Of a DNA stretch of 64,000 nucleotides, positions 55,309-64,000 are shown in pieces. The stretch lies in the NCBI GenBank assembly GCA_902524995.1, contig CABZFJ010000004.1, forward strand, positions 7,560-71,559. Direction: 5' to 3'. The notes beneath the pieces are model-generated. The model was not told the DNA's origin, did not search any database, and was given only the letters and a program-made list of their open reading frames with translations. The stretch's first letter is position 1. Each line of letters opens with the position of its first letter. The translations under genes were made by a program, and so were the position numbers. The stretch is from an uncultured Pelagibacteraceae bacterium (GTDB taxonomy: Bacteria; Pseudomonadota; Alphaproteobacteria; Pelagibacterales; Pelagibacteraceae).

Positions 55309-55806
55309 TTAAGAACTGATTTTCTTTAATTCTGTCTTTGTTTCTTCAAGGTTTTTATTAAACAAATTGTCAAGTTTAGACTTATCAACAGATGTTGAAA
55401 TAATTTTTTTTACAGACTCTACAGCAATGTTAATTGATGTATCTTTAATTTCTTTAATGGCATTATCCTTCATTTGAGAGATTTTAGTTTCTGCCAGACT
55501 TTTCTTGAGTTCAGCTGATTTATAAAATTTGTCGTTCATTTCAATTACAAATCTTTCAGTTTCGTCTTTTGACTGCTGCATAATATTTTCACACTCAATT
55601 TTTGCACTATCAAGCTTCTTTTGCGCCTCATCCAATAGTCTTTTAGATTCAGCTCGTAGTTTTTCACTTTCATCAATTTCATTTTTGATATCAGTAATTA
55701 TTTTGTTCAATAGATTGTTAACATTTTGTGGAACTTTTAAATAAATTAGCACTCCAAAAAATATTACAAAAGATACCGCTACCCAAAATGTTGCATCAAA
55801 TGTCAT
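55309..55806 (-). CDS. atpF: ATP synthase F0 subunit b
   Basis: DATFWVAVSF TM plus charged coil; start moved to ATG 55806. Confidence 0.88.
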   Translation of the reverse strand: MTFDATFWVAVSFVIFFGVLIYLKVPQNVNNLLNKIITDIKNEIDESEKLRAESKRLLDEAQKKLDSAKIECENIMQQSKDETERFVIEMNDKFYKSAELKKSLAETKISQMKDNAIKEIKDTSINIAVESVKKIISTSVDKSKLDNLFNKNLEETKTELKKISS

Positions 55807-56386
55807 TATGTTTTTCCATTTCTTTTTTAGAAAGATCTTCAACTATGGCTGAAAGACTACTTTTATTTATATCTTCACCAATTAATTGTTTAACTAGATC
55901 GGAGGATGTTTCAATTGCAATTTTATTAACTTTATCTTGAGAAGTTTTTTTTAATTGGTCTATTTCTTCTTCAGCTTTTATTATTTCTTTTTCAACATCC
56001 TTTTCTAAAGATAATCTTTTATTATTTATATTGTCCAAAACTTTTTGTCTTTCACTATTAAAGTAGTTTTTCGCTTCAACTTTTGTATCATTGATAATTT
56101 TATCAAATTCTTTAACTTTTTTTTCAGTTTCTTCCCTTTGCTTGTCTGCAGTTTCGATATTCTCTAAGATTTGAGATTTTCTGGTTTCAAGATTGTTACT
56201 AATCTTTGGTAGTATGAACTTAGATAAAATCATAAACAATAATCCAAAAGTAAGTACTAACCAAAAAATTTGAGATATCCAAAACTCAGGATTAAGCTGG
56301 GGCATACCTCCACTTTCAGCACTTTGAGCACTATAAGTAAAGATAAGACTTAAAGCTAAAAATTGAAAAATTATCTTTTTCAACAT
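55796..56386 (-). CDS. ATP synthase F0 subunit b'
   Basis: GMPQL, SQIFWL, LPKI...LE.R. Confidence 0.88.
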   Translation of the reverse strand: MLKKIIFQFLALSLIFTYSAQSAESGGMPQLNPEFWISQIFWLVLTFGLLFMILSKFILPKISNNLETRKSQILENIETADKQREETEKKVKEFDKIINDTKVEAKNYFNSERQKVLDNINNKRLSLEKDVEKEIIKAEEEIDQLKKTSQDKVNKIAIETSSDLVKQLIGEDINKSSLSAIVEDLSKKEMEKHNDI

Positions 56387-56389
56387 TAA

Positions 56390-56617
56390 TTAAAATGCGA
56401 AAAGAATAATTAATGCAACAACTAATCCAAATAAACCAGTCGCTTCAGCTAATGCAAAGCCTAATAACAAGTTTGGAAACTGCTTTTGAGCTGCAGATGG
56501 ATTTCTCATTGCACCTGAAAGATAATTTCCAAAAATTATCCCAATACCAACTCCTGCTCCCGCAAGTGCAATTGCTGCTAGTCCTGCTCCTATCATTTTT
56601 GCTGCTTCTAATTCCAT
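56390..56617 (-). CDS. atpE: ATP synthase F0 subunit c
   Basis: GAGVGIG, RNP, ALAEA. Confidence 0.97.
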   Translation of the reverse strand: MELEAAKMIGAGLAAIALAGAGVGIGIIFGNYLSGAMRNPSAAQKQFPNLLLGFALAEATGLFGLVVALIILFAF

Positions 56618-56636
56618 TATATCCTCCTTATGTTAA

Positions 56637-57368
56637 TTAATGGTGTAAATTTAATGCATCATTCAAATAGATACATGTTAAAATTGCAAATACATATGCT
56701 TGAAGAAAAGCAACTAATATCTCCAAACCTGTTAATGCAACTGAAAAACCTAAAGGTAGCCAACCTCCAACAATTCCTAAGCTAACTACGAAACCTCCAA
56801 AAACTTTCATCATAGTATGGCCTGCCATCATATTTGCGAACAATCTTACTGATAAACTAATTGGCCTACTTAAGTATGAAATTATTTCTATAACAACTAT
56901 TAATGGTAATAAAACCATTGGAACTCCACTTGGCACAAAAAGTTTTAAGTATCCAAGTCCATGTTTAATAAATCCAATTATTGTTACTCCAATAAATATA
57001 AATGCTGCTAATACAAAAGTTACAATGATGTGGCTAGTGACAGTAAAAGAGTATGGTATCATCCCAAACATGTTACAAAATAAAACAAACATGAATAAAG
57101 AAAATATGAAAGAAAAGTAAGGCTTAGCTTTTGATCCAGCTGTATCACTTATCATTTTTGAAATAAAAGAGTAACTAAGTTCTGCAAGTAGTTGAATTTT
57201 GTTTGGTATAATCGATCTCTTTGTACCCAAATTAAAGATAATTAATATTGCTATTGAACTTATGACCATAAACAAACTCGCGTTTGTGAATGAAATATCT
57301 ATGTTATTTATTTTAATTTCTGGACCAATTCGGTACACGTTGAATTGGTACATTGGATTTGCTGCCAT
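56637..57368 (-). CDS. atpB: ATP synthase F0 subunit a
   Basis: RPISLSVRLFANM.AGH, LQAYVF. Confidence 0.97.
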   Translation of the reverse strand: MAANPMYQFNVYRIGPEIKINNIDISFTNASLFMVISSIAILIIFNLGTKRSIIPNKIQLLAELSYSFISKMISDTAGSKAKPYFSFIFSLFMFVLFCNMFGMIPYSFTVTSHIIVTFVLAAFIFIGVTIIGFIKHGLGYLKLFVPSGVPMVLLPLIVVIEIISYLSRPISLSVRLFANMMAGHTMMKVFGGFVVSLGIVGGWLPLGFSVALTGLEILVAFLQAYVFAILTCIYLNDALNLHH

Positions 57369-57375
57369 TTGCCTA

Positions 57376-57651
57376 CTATTTTTGCATTTTTTTTGCTGAT
57401 CTAATAACGTTCATTATTCCAGCTATTACACCAATAAAAAAAAATATTAAAATTAACCAAGGCTTAGTACCAAACCAATTGTCTAAAATAAACCCAATAA
57501 TTGTCCCAACAGCTACCGCAGATACCAATTCCGTGCTCATTTTGAAGGCTGACCCCATACTTGAGCCTTTATTTGCCTCTTCAGATTTTTTGTCTTTATC
57601 GGTTTTATTTTTTGCAATTTTTAGGCGAGTTTTAAACTGGTCTTCATCCAT
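57376..57651 (-). CDS. atpI: ATP synthase protein I (AtpZ/AtpI)
   Basis: ELVSAV.VG..IG..LD.WFGTKPW. Confidence 0.9.
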   Translation of the reverse strand: MDEDQFKTRLKIAKNKTDKDKKSEEANKGSSMGSAFKMSTELVSAVAVGTIIGFILDNWFGTKPWLILIFFFIGVIAGIMNVIRSAKKMQK

Positions 57652-57653
57652 TA

Positions 57654-60227
57654 TTAAGCAACCATACTCTCTGCTTTTTGAAGATCTACAGCAACTAGTT
57701 GGCTAATTCCTTTTTCTGGCATTGTCACGCCATATAGTCTGTCCATTTTAGACATGGTTAGAGCATGGTGAGTTACAATAATAAATCTTGTAGATGTAAT
57801 TTTAGTTAGTTCCGTCAAAAGATTGCAAAATCTTGTTACATTTGCATCATCGAGAGGTGCGTCTACTTCATCAAGAACACATATTGGAGCCGGATTAGTA
57901 AGAAATACCGCAAAGATTAAAGATAAAGCTGTCAGGGCTTGTTCACCTCCAGATAATAAAGTTATTGACTGCAATCTTTTTCCTGGTGGACTTACTAACA
58001 TTTCTAATCCTGCATCTAAAGGATCATCAGAGTCTACTAGTTCTAGCTTCGCGCTACCCCCATTAAACAGTTTGGTATAAACTTCATTAAACTTCCTATT
58101 TACTTTTTCAAAAGCATCTAAAAGTCTTTCTCTGCCTTTCTGATTGAGTTCAGTAATACTTTCTTTTAATTTTATAATTGCAGTCACTAAATCTTGTCTA
58201 TCTTTTTCCATTTTCTTAATTTCATCTTCATATTTTGAAGTTTCTTCATCTGCTCTTAGGTTGACTGAGCCTAATTTTTCTCTTTCTCTTTTTTTTTCAT
58301 CAAGCAATTCCTCTTGTGTTACTGTATCTGGATATTCAGATGCATCTTTTAAATTTGAAAAATTAAGTATATCTTTTTCTTTTAAATTAAGTTCTGTTGA
58401 TACTCTTTCTAACAAATCATTTCTTCTTTTATTCAAACCATCGATTGTTGCACCAGAGCTTGCTTTTCGCTCTCTTATTTCAATAGACTCTTCCTTTGTT
58501 GTATTAAGATTGCTTCTTAATTCGATAATCTCTTTATCTAGTTCATCTATTAATATTTCATTATCACTTTTTTCTTTTTCAGAAATTCTTAAACTTTCAG
58601 ATATTTGTCCTTTTCTTTCAGCTTGTGTTTGAGGTTGTTTTTCTAGGCTATCTAATTTTTTTTGTTGAGTATCTTTTCTACTATTTAATTCATTAATCAT
58701 TTTTTCAGAATTTACCAATAAGTTTTTCCAACTTTCTATTTCTTGATCAATTATTTTAATTCTTTCACTTCTCTTAATTGATTCTTTTTTAATATTTTGA
58801 TTTGTACTAAATGCTTCAGCATATTCTTCTTGTAGACTTTTGATTTCTTCATTTTTCTTAGTTACTGTTATTGCCAAATCGTCATCATGCATTTCATTAA
58901 TTTTCATTTTTAAAAATGAAAGATTTATTTTGCATTCATCTATTAAATTAGTTGCACCATTGATATTTTTCTCTGAGAGCATTTCTTTTGCTTTATCTAA
59001 TTGCTCACTTGCTAAATCAATAGTTTCTGAGTTCTTTTTTAGAGTATCAAGGTTTAGATTTTCTAGTATTCTCTCTAACTTATCTTGCTCATCTTTTAAT
59101 TTTCCTTTTGCATTTACCAAATCTAAACCTGACAATTTTTCAGTTTCATAATATTTTGAGTCGACTGTAATTAAATTTTCTTTTTCTTCTCTAAGTCTTT
59201 TTTCATTAGAGTTTGCATCAATGATTATGCTTTTTTCTCTAACAATATCCTCATCTATTACACTTAAAGCCTTTCTAATTGATTGTATTTCATCATTAAC
59301 CCTATCTTTTTCTTCATCTAAGCTCTTTAACTCTAAATTTAACCTTTGTATTTTTGACAAGTTTTCTTGATTTTTTTCTCTTATAGGATTTACATTCTTA
59401 TTCTTTTCAATAATCTTCATGCTTAAATTCTCTAATTTATCATTGAAGGACTTAACTTGGTCATCAGCCTCATTGTTGATCTCATTCTCTACTTTAATTT
59501 CATTATCAATTTCTAAAAGACGTAAATAATATAAACCCGCCTCAATTTTCTTTATTTCTTCTGAAATAGATTTATATTTTGCAGCCTCTTCAGCTTGCTT
59601 TTGCAAATTTGCTAATTGTCTTTCTTGTTGTCTTCTTAATTCGTCAGCCCTTTTTAAATTGTTTTCAGCCGCGCCTAATCTTAATTCTGCTTCGTGTCTT
59701 CTAACATGTAAACCTGCTATACCAGCTGCCTCTTCTAAGATTGCTCTTCGATCAGAAGGTTTTGCTGTGACCAATGCTCCAATTCTACCTTGACTAATAA
59801 TCGAAGGTGAATGAGCACCTGTTGATAAATCTGCAAAAAACATCTGAGCATCTTTTGCTCTAACTTCTTTGCCATTTATATAAAATTTTGAGCCTTTATC
59901 CTTTTCTATTTTTCTTCTTATTTCAATTTCATCGAGCCCATTATATTGTAGAGGACCATCCTTATTTTCATTTGATAAGCTCACTAAAACCTCTGCAATA
60001 TTTTTTGATGGTTTGTTTGAAGTTCCAGAAAATATAACGTCTTCCATTCCTGAACCTCTCATACTTTTTGCTGATGTCTCGCCCATACACCATCGTAACG
60101 ATTCCACTATATTTGATTTGCCACAACCGTTTGGACCAACTATCCCAGTTAAACCTTCTTCAATCAGGAAATTTGTTTTTTCAGCAAAAGACTTAAATCC
60201 ATTTAGTTGGATTTTTTTAAATTCCAT
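57654..60227 (-). CDS. smc: Chromosome segregation protein SMC (short, 857 aa)
   Basis: GFKSF, GPNGCGKSN, ISQG, LEEAAGI, G.VNLRA, LSGGEQAL, LDEVDAPLD. Confidence 0.92.
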   Translation of the reverse strand: MEFKKIQLNGFKSFAEKTNFLIEEGLTGIVGPNGCGKSNIVESLRWCMGETSAKSMRGSGMEDVIFSGTSNKPSKNIAEVLVSLSNENKDGPLQYNGLDEIEIRRKIEKDKGSKFYINGKEVRAKDAQMFFADLSTGAHSPSIISQGRIGALVTAKPSDRRAILEEAAGIAGLHVRRHEAELRLGAAENNLKRADELRRQQERQLANLQKQAEEAAKYKSISEEIKKIEAGLYYLRLLEIDNEIKVENEINNEADDQVKSFNDKLENLSMKIIEKNKNVNPIREKNQENLSKIQRLNLELKSLDEEKDRVNDEIQSIRKALSVIDEDIVREKSIIIDANSNEKRLREEKENLITVDSKYYETEKLSGLDLVNAKGKLKDEQDKLERILENLNLDTLKKNSETIDLASEQLDKAKEMLSEKNINGATNLIDECKINLSFLKMKINEMHDDDLAITVTKKNEEIKSLQEEYAEAFSTNQNIKKESIKRSERIKIIDQEIESWKNLLVNSEKMINELNSRKDTQQKKLDSLEKQPQTQAERKGQISESLRISEKEKSDNEILIDELDKEIIELRSNLNTTKEESIEIRERKASSGATIDGLNKRRNDLLERVSTELNLKEKDILNFSNLKDASEYPDTVTQEELLDEKKREREKLGSVNLRADEETSKYEDEIKKMEKDRQDLVTAIIKLKESITELNQKGRERLLDAFEKVNRKFNEVYTKLFNGGSAKLELVDSDDPLDAGLEMLVSPPGKRLQSITLLSGGEQALTALSLIFAVFLTNPAPICVLDEVDAPLDDANVTRFCNLLTELTKITSTRFIIVTHHALTMSKMDRLYGVTMPEKGISQLVAVDLQKAESMVA

Positions 60228-60235
60228 TCACTGAC

Positions 60236-60811
60236 TTATATCAGTTTTTCAATGTATTTTTTTAATTTTTTGTAGTTTGAGTGATTTTCAAACTTTTTTC
60301 CGTTAATTATGACTGTAGGAGTAGCATTCACTTTATACTTTTTAACACCTTCGATTCGGTCTTCTAAAATGTGATCCTCTATCTTTTTATCCGCTAAGCA
60401 CTTATCAAAATCAAGATTATATTCAGTTTTATCAATAAATTTTTTCATTGCTTGATTTGCTTCCAATTCATTTTTTCCCTTGATCCACTTATCTTGATTT
60501 AAATAAAGGTGATGCAAAATTTCATGCTCACCATCATTTCTACAATGCGCTAATTTAGTTGCATTAAATGCAATGATATCTAATGGGAAGCTTTTAAATT
60601 CTATTGAGATCAATCCTTTATCAATAAAATCCTCTTTTAGCTTAGGATAAATATTTTTATGAAATTTTGCACAAAAACTGCAAGTTAAAGATTCAAAAAC
60701 CATTAACTTAACTTTTGAGTCTGCATTCCCTACTAAAATTGGTTTAACCTCAGAATTAGCATTAATGAAATTAAAAAAAATTAAAATTGAGAGAAGAATT
60801 ATTTTTTTCAT
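60236..60811 (-). CDS. DsbA-family thiol:disulfide protein
   Basis: Signal peptide, SLTCSFC, FPLD, ATPT..ING. Confidence 0.88.
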   Translation of the reverse strand: MKKIILLSILIFFNFINANSEVKPILVGNADSKVKLMVFESLTCSFCAKFHKNIYPKLKEDFIDKGLISIEFKSFPLDIIAFNATKLAHCRNDGEHEILHHLYLNQDKWIKGKNELEANQAMKKFIDKTEYNLDFDKCLADKKIEDHILEDRIEGVKKYKVNATPTVIINGKKFENHSNYKKLKKYIEKLI

Positions 60812-61290
60812 TTTATTTTAAAATGTTTACTTAACTCTAACAGTGAGTTTTTTATTTTGTTATTTTTAATATTATTTATGCTCTTTATATGTTTATTTTT
60901 TGTCGCATTAATAGCGGTATTTTTATGGCTTTCTTCAATTTTTCCATCAAATGTATTCAATTTAATGTCATCTAAAACATGATAGCCAAAAAAAACATTA
61001 ATTTTTTTTATTATTTCTTTTTTAGAATACTCAACGTCAACTTCATTTCCTCTCTTTACTAAAATATTTAAACGACTACCCGATAACTTGTTTGAACTTT
61101 TATATGACTTAGGAAAGCTTACTTTAAATAAATCTTTACCTACTAAATATTTCCAATTATCTAAAGTTTCATTATAAATTTTACCTTTTTTACTAATTAT
61201 TCTTTTTGCCTCTGTGGGTAAAGTATCTTTAAAAGATCTTAAACCTTGAATGGAGTTATATCTCTGCTTAGTATTATATTTTTGACTCAT
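60808..61290 (-). CDS. DUF721/DciA-like protein
   Basis: W..LVG, KINVFFG motifs; typical alphaproteobacterial mutY/DUF721/dsbA/smc order. Confidence 0.7.
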   Translation of the reverse strand: MSQKYNTKQRYNSIQGLRSFKDTLPTEAKRIISKKGKIYNETLDNWKYLVGKDLFKVSFPKSYKSSNKLSGSRLNILVKRGNEVDVEYSKKEIIKKINVFFGYHVLDDIKLNTFDGKIEESHKNTAINATKNKHIKSINNIKNNKIKNSLLELSKHFKIK

Positions 61291-62283
61291 ATGAATAATA
61301 AAAATATATCAAATAAAATTCTACTTTGGTACGATAATAATAAAAGAATTTTACCTTGGAGAAAAAAAGTTTCTCAGAAGCAAAAAGAATATTTTACGTT
61401 TGTTAGTGAATTTATGTTGCAGCAAACTCAAGTAAAAACCGTTATTCCTTATTTTGAAAAATTTGTAAAACAAATTCCAACCTTTCAATCTTTGGCAAAT
61501 GTCGACGAAAAGATCTTAATGAAACATTGGGAAGGTCTTGGTTATTATTCAAGATCAAGAAATCTAAAAAAAAGTGCAATTATAATTGTTAGAGATTTCC
61601 ATGGTAAGTTGCCAAGATCCTATGAAAAGTTGTTACAATTACCAGGAGTAGGCGAATATACATCTAAAGCAATAATGTCTATAGCATTTAACCTTAAAAC
61701 TATTCCTTTAGATGGAAATGTAGAGAGAATTCTTAAAAGAACTTTATATTTAAAAAAGCAGAATGAAATATCTAAAGATTTTTTAAAAACAAAAATTAAT
61801 TTTTTTGGACTGTCCGATCGCGCTAGTGATTACTCCCAAGCAATCATGGAGATAGGTGCTTTAATATGCAAACCAAAAAATCCAAGTTGTAAGGAATGTC
61901 CTTTAAATAAAAATTGTATATCTCTAAAAAAAAATGATTTTGAGTTAACTAAAATTAATAAAGAAATAAAAACTAAATATTTCGAAGCGACTATTTACAA
62001 AAAACATAATAACTACTTATTAGTCAAAAATGACAAATTTAAATTTTTAAAAAATATGCCAATTTTTCCTATGACAGAGGTGCAAGAAAGCAAGTATAAA
62101 TATTCAACTAATAAAAAAATTAATATAAAATTATCTAATATGGAAATGAAAATTTTGTTAAATAATTCAAAAAGACCTCCAAAGATTAAAAATAAAATAT
62201 TAATTAAAAAAGATAAATTAAGCTCAGAAATAATTCCATCATTTACTAAAAAAATATTTTATACCATCTCAAAATCTGAATGA
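61291..62283 (+). CDS. mutY: A/G-specific adenine glycosylase
   Basis: LPWR, SEFMLQQT, WEGLGYY, LPGVGEYT, DGNV, Cx6Cx2Cx5C; start moved to ATG 61291. Confidence 0.92.
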   Translation: MNNKNISNKILLWYDNNKRILPWRKKVSQKQKEYFTFVSEFMLQQTQVKTVIPYFEKFVKQIPTFQSLANVDEKILMKHWEGLGYYSRSRNLKKSAIIIVRDFHGKLPRSYEKLLQLPGVGEYTSKAIMSIAFNLKTIPLDGNVERILKRTLYLKKQNEISKDFLKTKINFFGLSDRASDYSQAIMEIGALICKPKNPSCKECPLNKNCISLKKNDFELTKINKEIKTKYFEATIYKKHNNYLLVKNDKFKFLKNMPIFPMTEVQESKYKYSTNKKINIKLSNMEMKILLNNSKRPPKIKNKILIKKDKLSSEIIPSFTKKIFYTISKSE

Positions 62284-63404
62284 AAAAAGTTGCAATTGTT
62301 GGAGCTGGGATATCTGGTTTGTATCTTGCGAATGAATTAAACAAAATTACTGAAATAGACTATAAAATCTTTGAAAAAAAAGATAACCTCAATTTAAATG
62401 AAGGTTATGGAATTCAACTCTCAGTTAATAGTATTAATTTTTTGAATAAAATAGGATTTAAAAACATTTCCGCTTCAGATGTATATTATCCAACAAAAGT
62501 TAATTTTTTCCAGGCCAATAATATAAAAAAGATTTGTGAAATTGATTTAAAGCAATTCAATAATTTAAACGACCGTTACACAACACTTAAAAGATCAACA
62601 TTAATAAAGTTTTTACTTGAAAATATCCCTGAGGAAAAAATTCAATTTAAAGCAGATATTCAGAATATTGGATATAATGAAAAAATAAAGATTTCTTGGG
62701 ATAATAAGACTGAAAGTTTCGATTATATAGTAATTGCAGACGGTGTTTTTTCAAAATTGAAATCCCAAATTTCTAATAATCATTTAAACCCAATTTTTAA
62801 TGGCAACATTGCTTTAAGGGCAAATTTAAAACAACATGAAAAAGATAATATTTCTGTATATATGGGATCAAACTTTCACTATGTAACTTATCCTGTAAAT
62901 CAAAAACTCGAATATAATTTCGTTGCTATAATCAAAAAGAAACTAACTACTAAAGAAATTGAAGATAAAAATATTCTTAATTCAGAAACATTTATAAAAT
63001 CTTTAAAAGACTTTATTTCAAAAAATTCTATTATAAATTTGGAAAGTTTAGCAAATATAAAGTGTTTTCCTGTATTTGTGAGCACTGAATTACCCACGTT
63101 AAAATATCAAAACACTTATTTGAGTGGAGATGCTTTATTTGCTTTTCCACCTTCTTTCGCGCAAGGTGCTTCCCAAAGTATTGAAACAGCAAATGGTATT
63201 TTAGAAAATATTACAAATTCAAATAGTATTTATAAAGATAAGATAAGTAAAATATTACTTGTAAACAAAAGATCTAAGCTAAATCATTTTGCCTTCCATT
63301 TAACTAATCCAATAGTAATATTAATTAGAAATATTGTTTTGAAATTTTTATCAAAAAATAAATTTTTTTTAGATAGATACTTGGGTAAAATATATAATTC
63401 TTAA
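62280..63404 (+). CDS. FAD-dependent monooxygenase (salicylate hydroxylase-like)
   Basis: VGAGISG, GYGIQLS.N, ADG..S, GDA....PP..AQGA. Confidence 0.85.
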   Translation: MKKVAIVGAGISGLYLANELNKITEIDYKIFEKKDNLNLNEGYGIQLSVNSINFLNKIGFKNISASDVYYPTKVNFFQANNIKKICEIDLKQFNNLNDRYTTLKRSTLIKFLLENIPEEKIQFKADIQNIGYNEKIKISWDNKTESFDYIVIADGVFSKLKSQISNNHLNPIFNGNIALRANLKQHEKDNISVYMGSNFHYVTYPVNQKLEYNFVAIIKKKLTTKEIEDKNILNSETFIKSLKDFISKNSIINLESLANIKCFPVFVSTELPTLKYQNTYLSGDALFAFPPSFAQGASQSIETANGILENITNSNSIYKDKISKILLVNKRSKLNHFAFHLTNPIVILIRNIVLKFLSKNKFFLDRYLGKIYNS

Positions 63405-63425
63405 ATTGCAGAAAAATAAACTTTA

Positions 63426-64000
63426 TTATTTTTTTAAAGAAAACACAGAAGACATAAGTTTTTTTGTATAATTATTTTTTGGTACACTTATTATATCTTT
63501 TGAATTTCCACTTTCTATAATTTCTCCATTGTACATAACAATTATTCTATCGGAAAAATATTTTACTACAGAAATATCGTGACTTATTAGTATTATTGTT
63601 ATTTTAAGTTTAGCTTTAAGGTCACTCAACAGATCTAAAATTTGTGATTGAATTGTGACGTCTAGAGCAGATGTTGGTTCGTCACAAATTAGTATTTGAG
63701 GTTTTAATATAATTGCTCTAGCTATTGCTACTCTTTGTCTTTGACCTCCAGATAATTGATTTGGAAATCTATTGTAATAATCTTCTGATAAACCAACTAG
63801 ATTTAAAGTTTTGACAACTTCATTTCTAACTTCAATTTCAGACTTATTCTCATTTATCATTAAAGGTCTTGAGACTATGTATCCAACAGTATGTACCGGA
63901 TTTAGTGTTGAGTAAGGATCTTGAAAAACTGGCTGGATTAATTTGGCACGATCTGAAACATTAATATTATCTATTTTTTGGCCTTTTATTTCAATATGAC
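63426..64000 (-). CDS. Peptide/nickel-type ABC transporter ATP-binding protein (5' part outside window)
   Basis: Frame open to the window edge; FQDPYSTLNP, LSGGQRQR, CDEPTSALD, SHD. Confidence 0.9.
   Translation of the reverse strand, partial: HIEIKGQKIDNINVSDRAKLIQPVFQDPYSTLNPVHTVGYIVSRPLMINENKSEIEVRNEVVKTLNLVGLSEDYYNRFPNQLSGGQRQRVAIARAIILKPQILICDEPTSALDVTIQSQILDLLSDLKAKLKITIILISHDISVVKYFSDRIIVMYNGEIIESGNSKDIISVPKNNYTKKLMSSVFSLKK

Noticed and set aside
57823-59151. Several plus-strand ORFs up to 162 aa
   Set aside because: Antisense shadows of the smc coiled-coil codons (Ser/Phe/Leu-rich)
61246-61290. Longer mutY start given by the ORF track
   Set aside because: Overlaps the DUF721 gene head-on; MutY-like sequence begins at ATG 61291
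63880-63900. GGTACATAC/GGATACATAG-like words on the minus strand
   Set aside because: Inside the ABC ATPase coding frame; treated as chance matches to the islet motif

Overview
A very AT-rich, extremely compact alphaproteobacterial chromosome segment. Gene content, gene order and near-absent intergenic space point to SAR11/Pelagibacterales (inferred from sequence character, not from a search). Most of it is core genome: ibpA, ptrB, cfa, a RamB/ScfR-family regulator divergent from aceA, tldD-pmbA, typA, groESL, ribF-ileS-lspA, pgi, purD, lipid A genes (lpxL-lpxK-waaA-msbA), ubiA, the aa3 cytochrome c oxidase operon, thrC, a long minus-strand run (dciA-dsbA-smc-atpIBEGF-crtIBY-blh-ispH-thrB-rnhA), mutY and a partial ABC ATPase. 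I found no rRNA, intact tRNA, CRISPR array, transposase or integrase. The most interesting signals are: (1) two tiny integrase-less cargo islets, one at the groEL 3' end (about 19050-20718, bounded by a duplicated groEL stop region and terminator, carrying a RelA/SpoT-type HD hydrolase) and one between prx and rnhA (about 47988-48676), which share a related tandem 12-bp motif resembling tyrosine-recombinase arm sites; (2) an 857-aa SMC with no recognisable hinge; (3) duplicated RamB-type operators and an apparently leaderless 53-aa ORF in front of aceA; (4) a sigma32 promoter plus a minimal ROSE-like thermometer at ibpA; (5) a protein with a very Lys-rich, histone-H1-like N-terminus.
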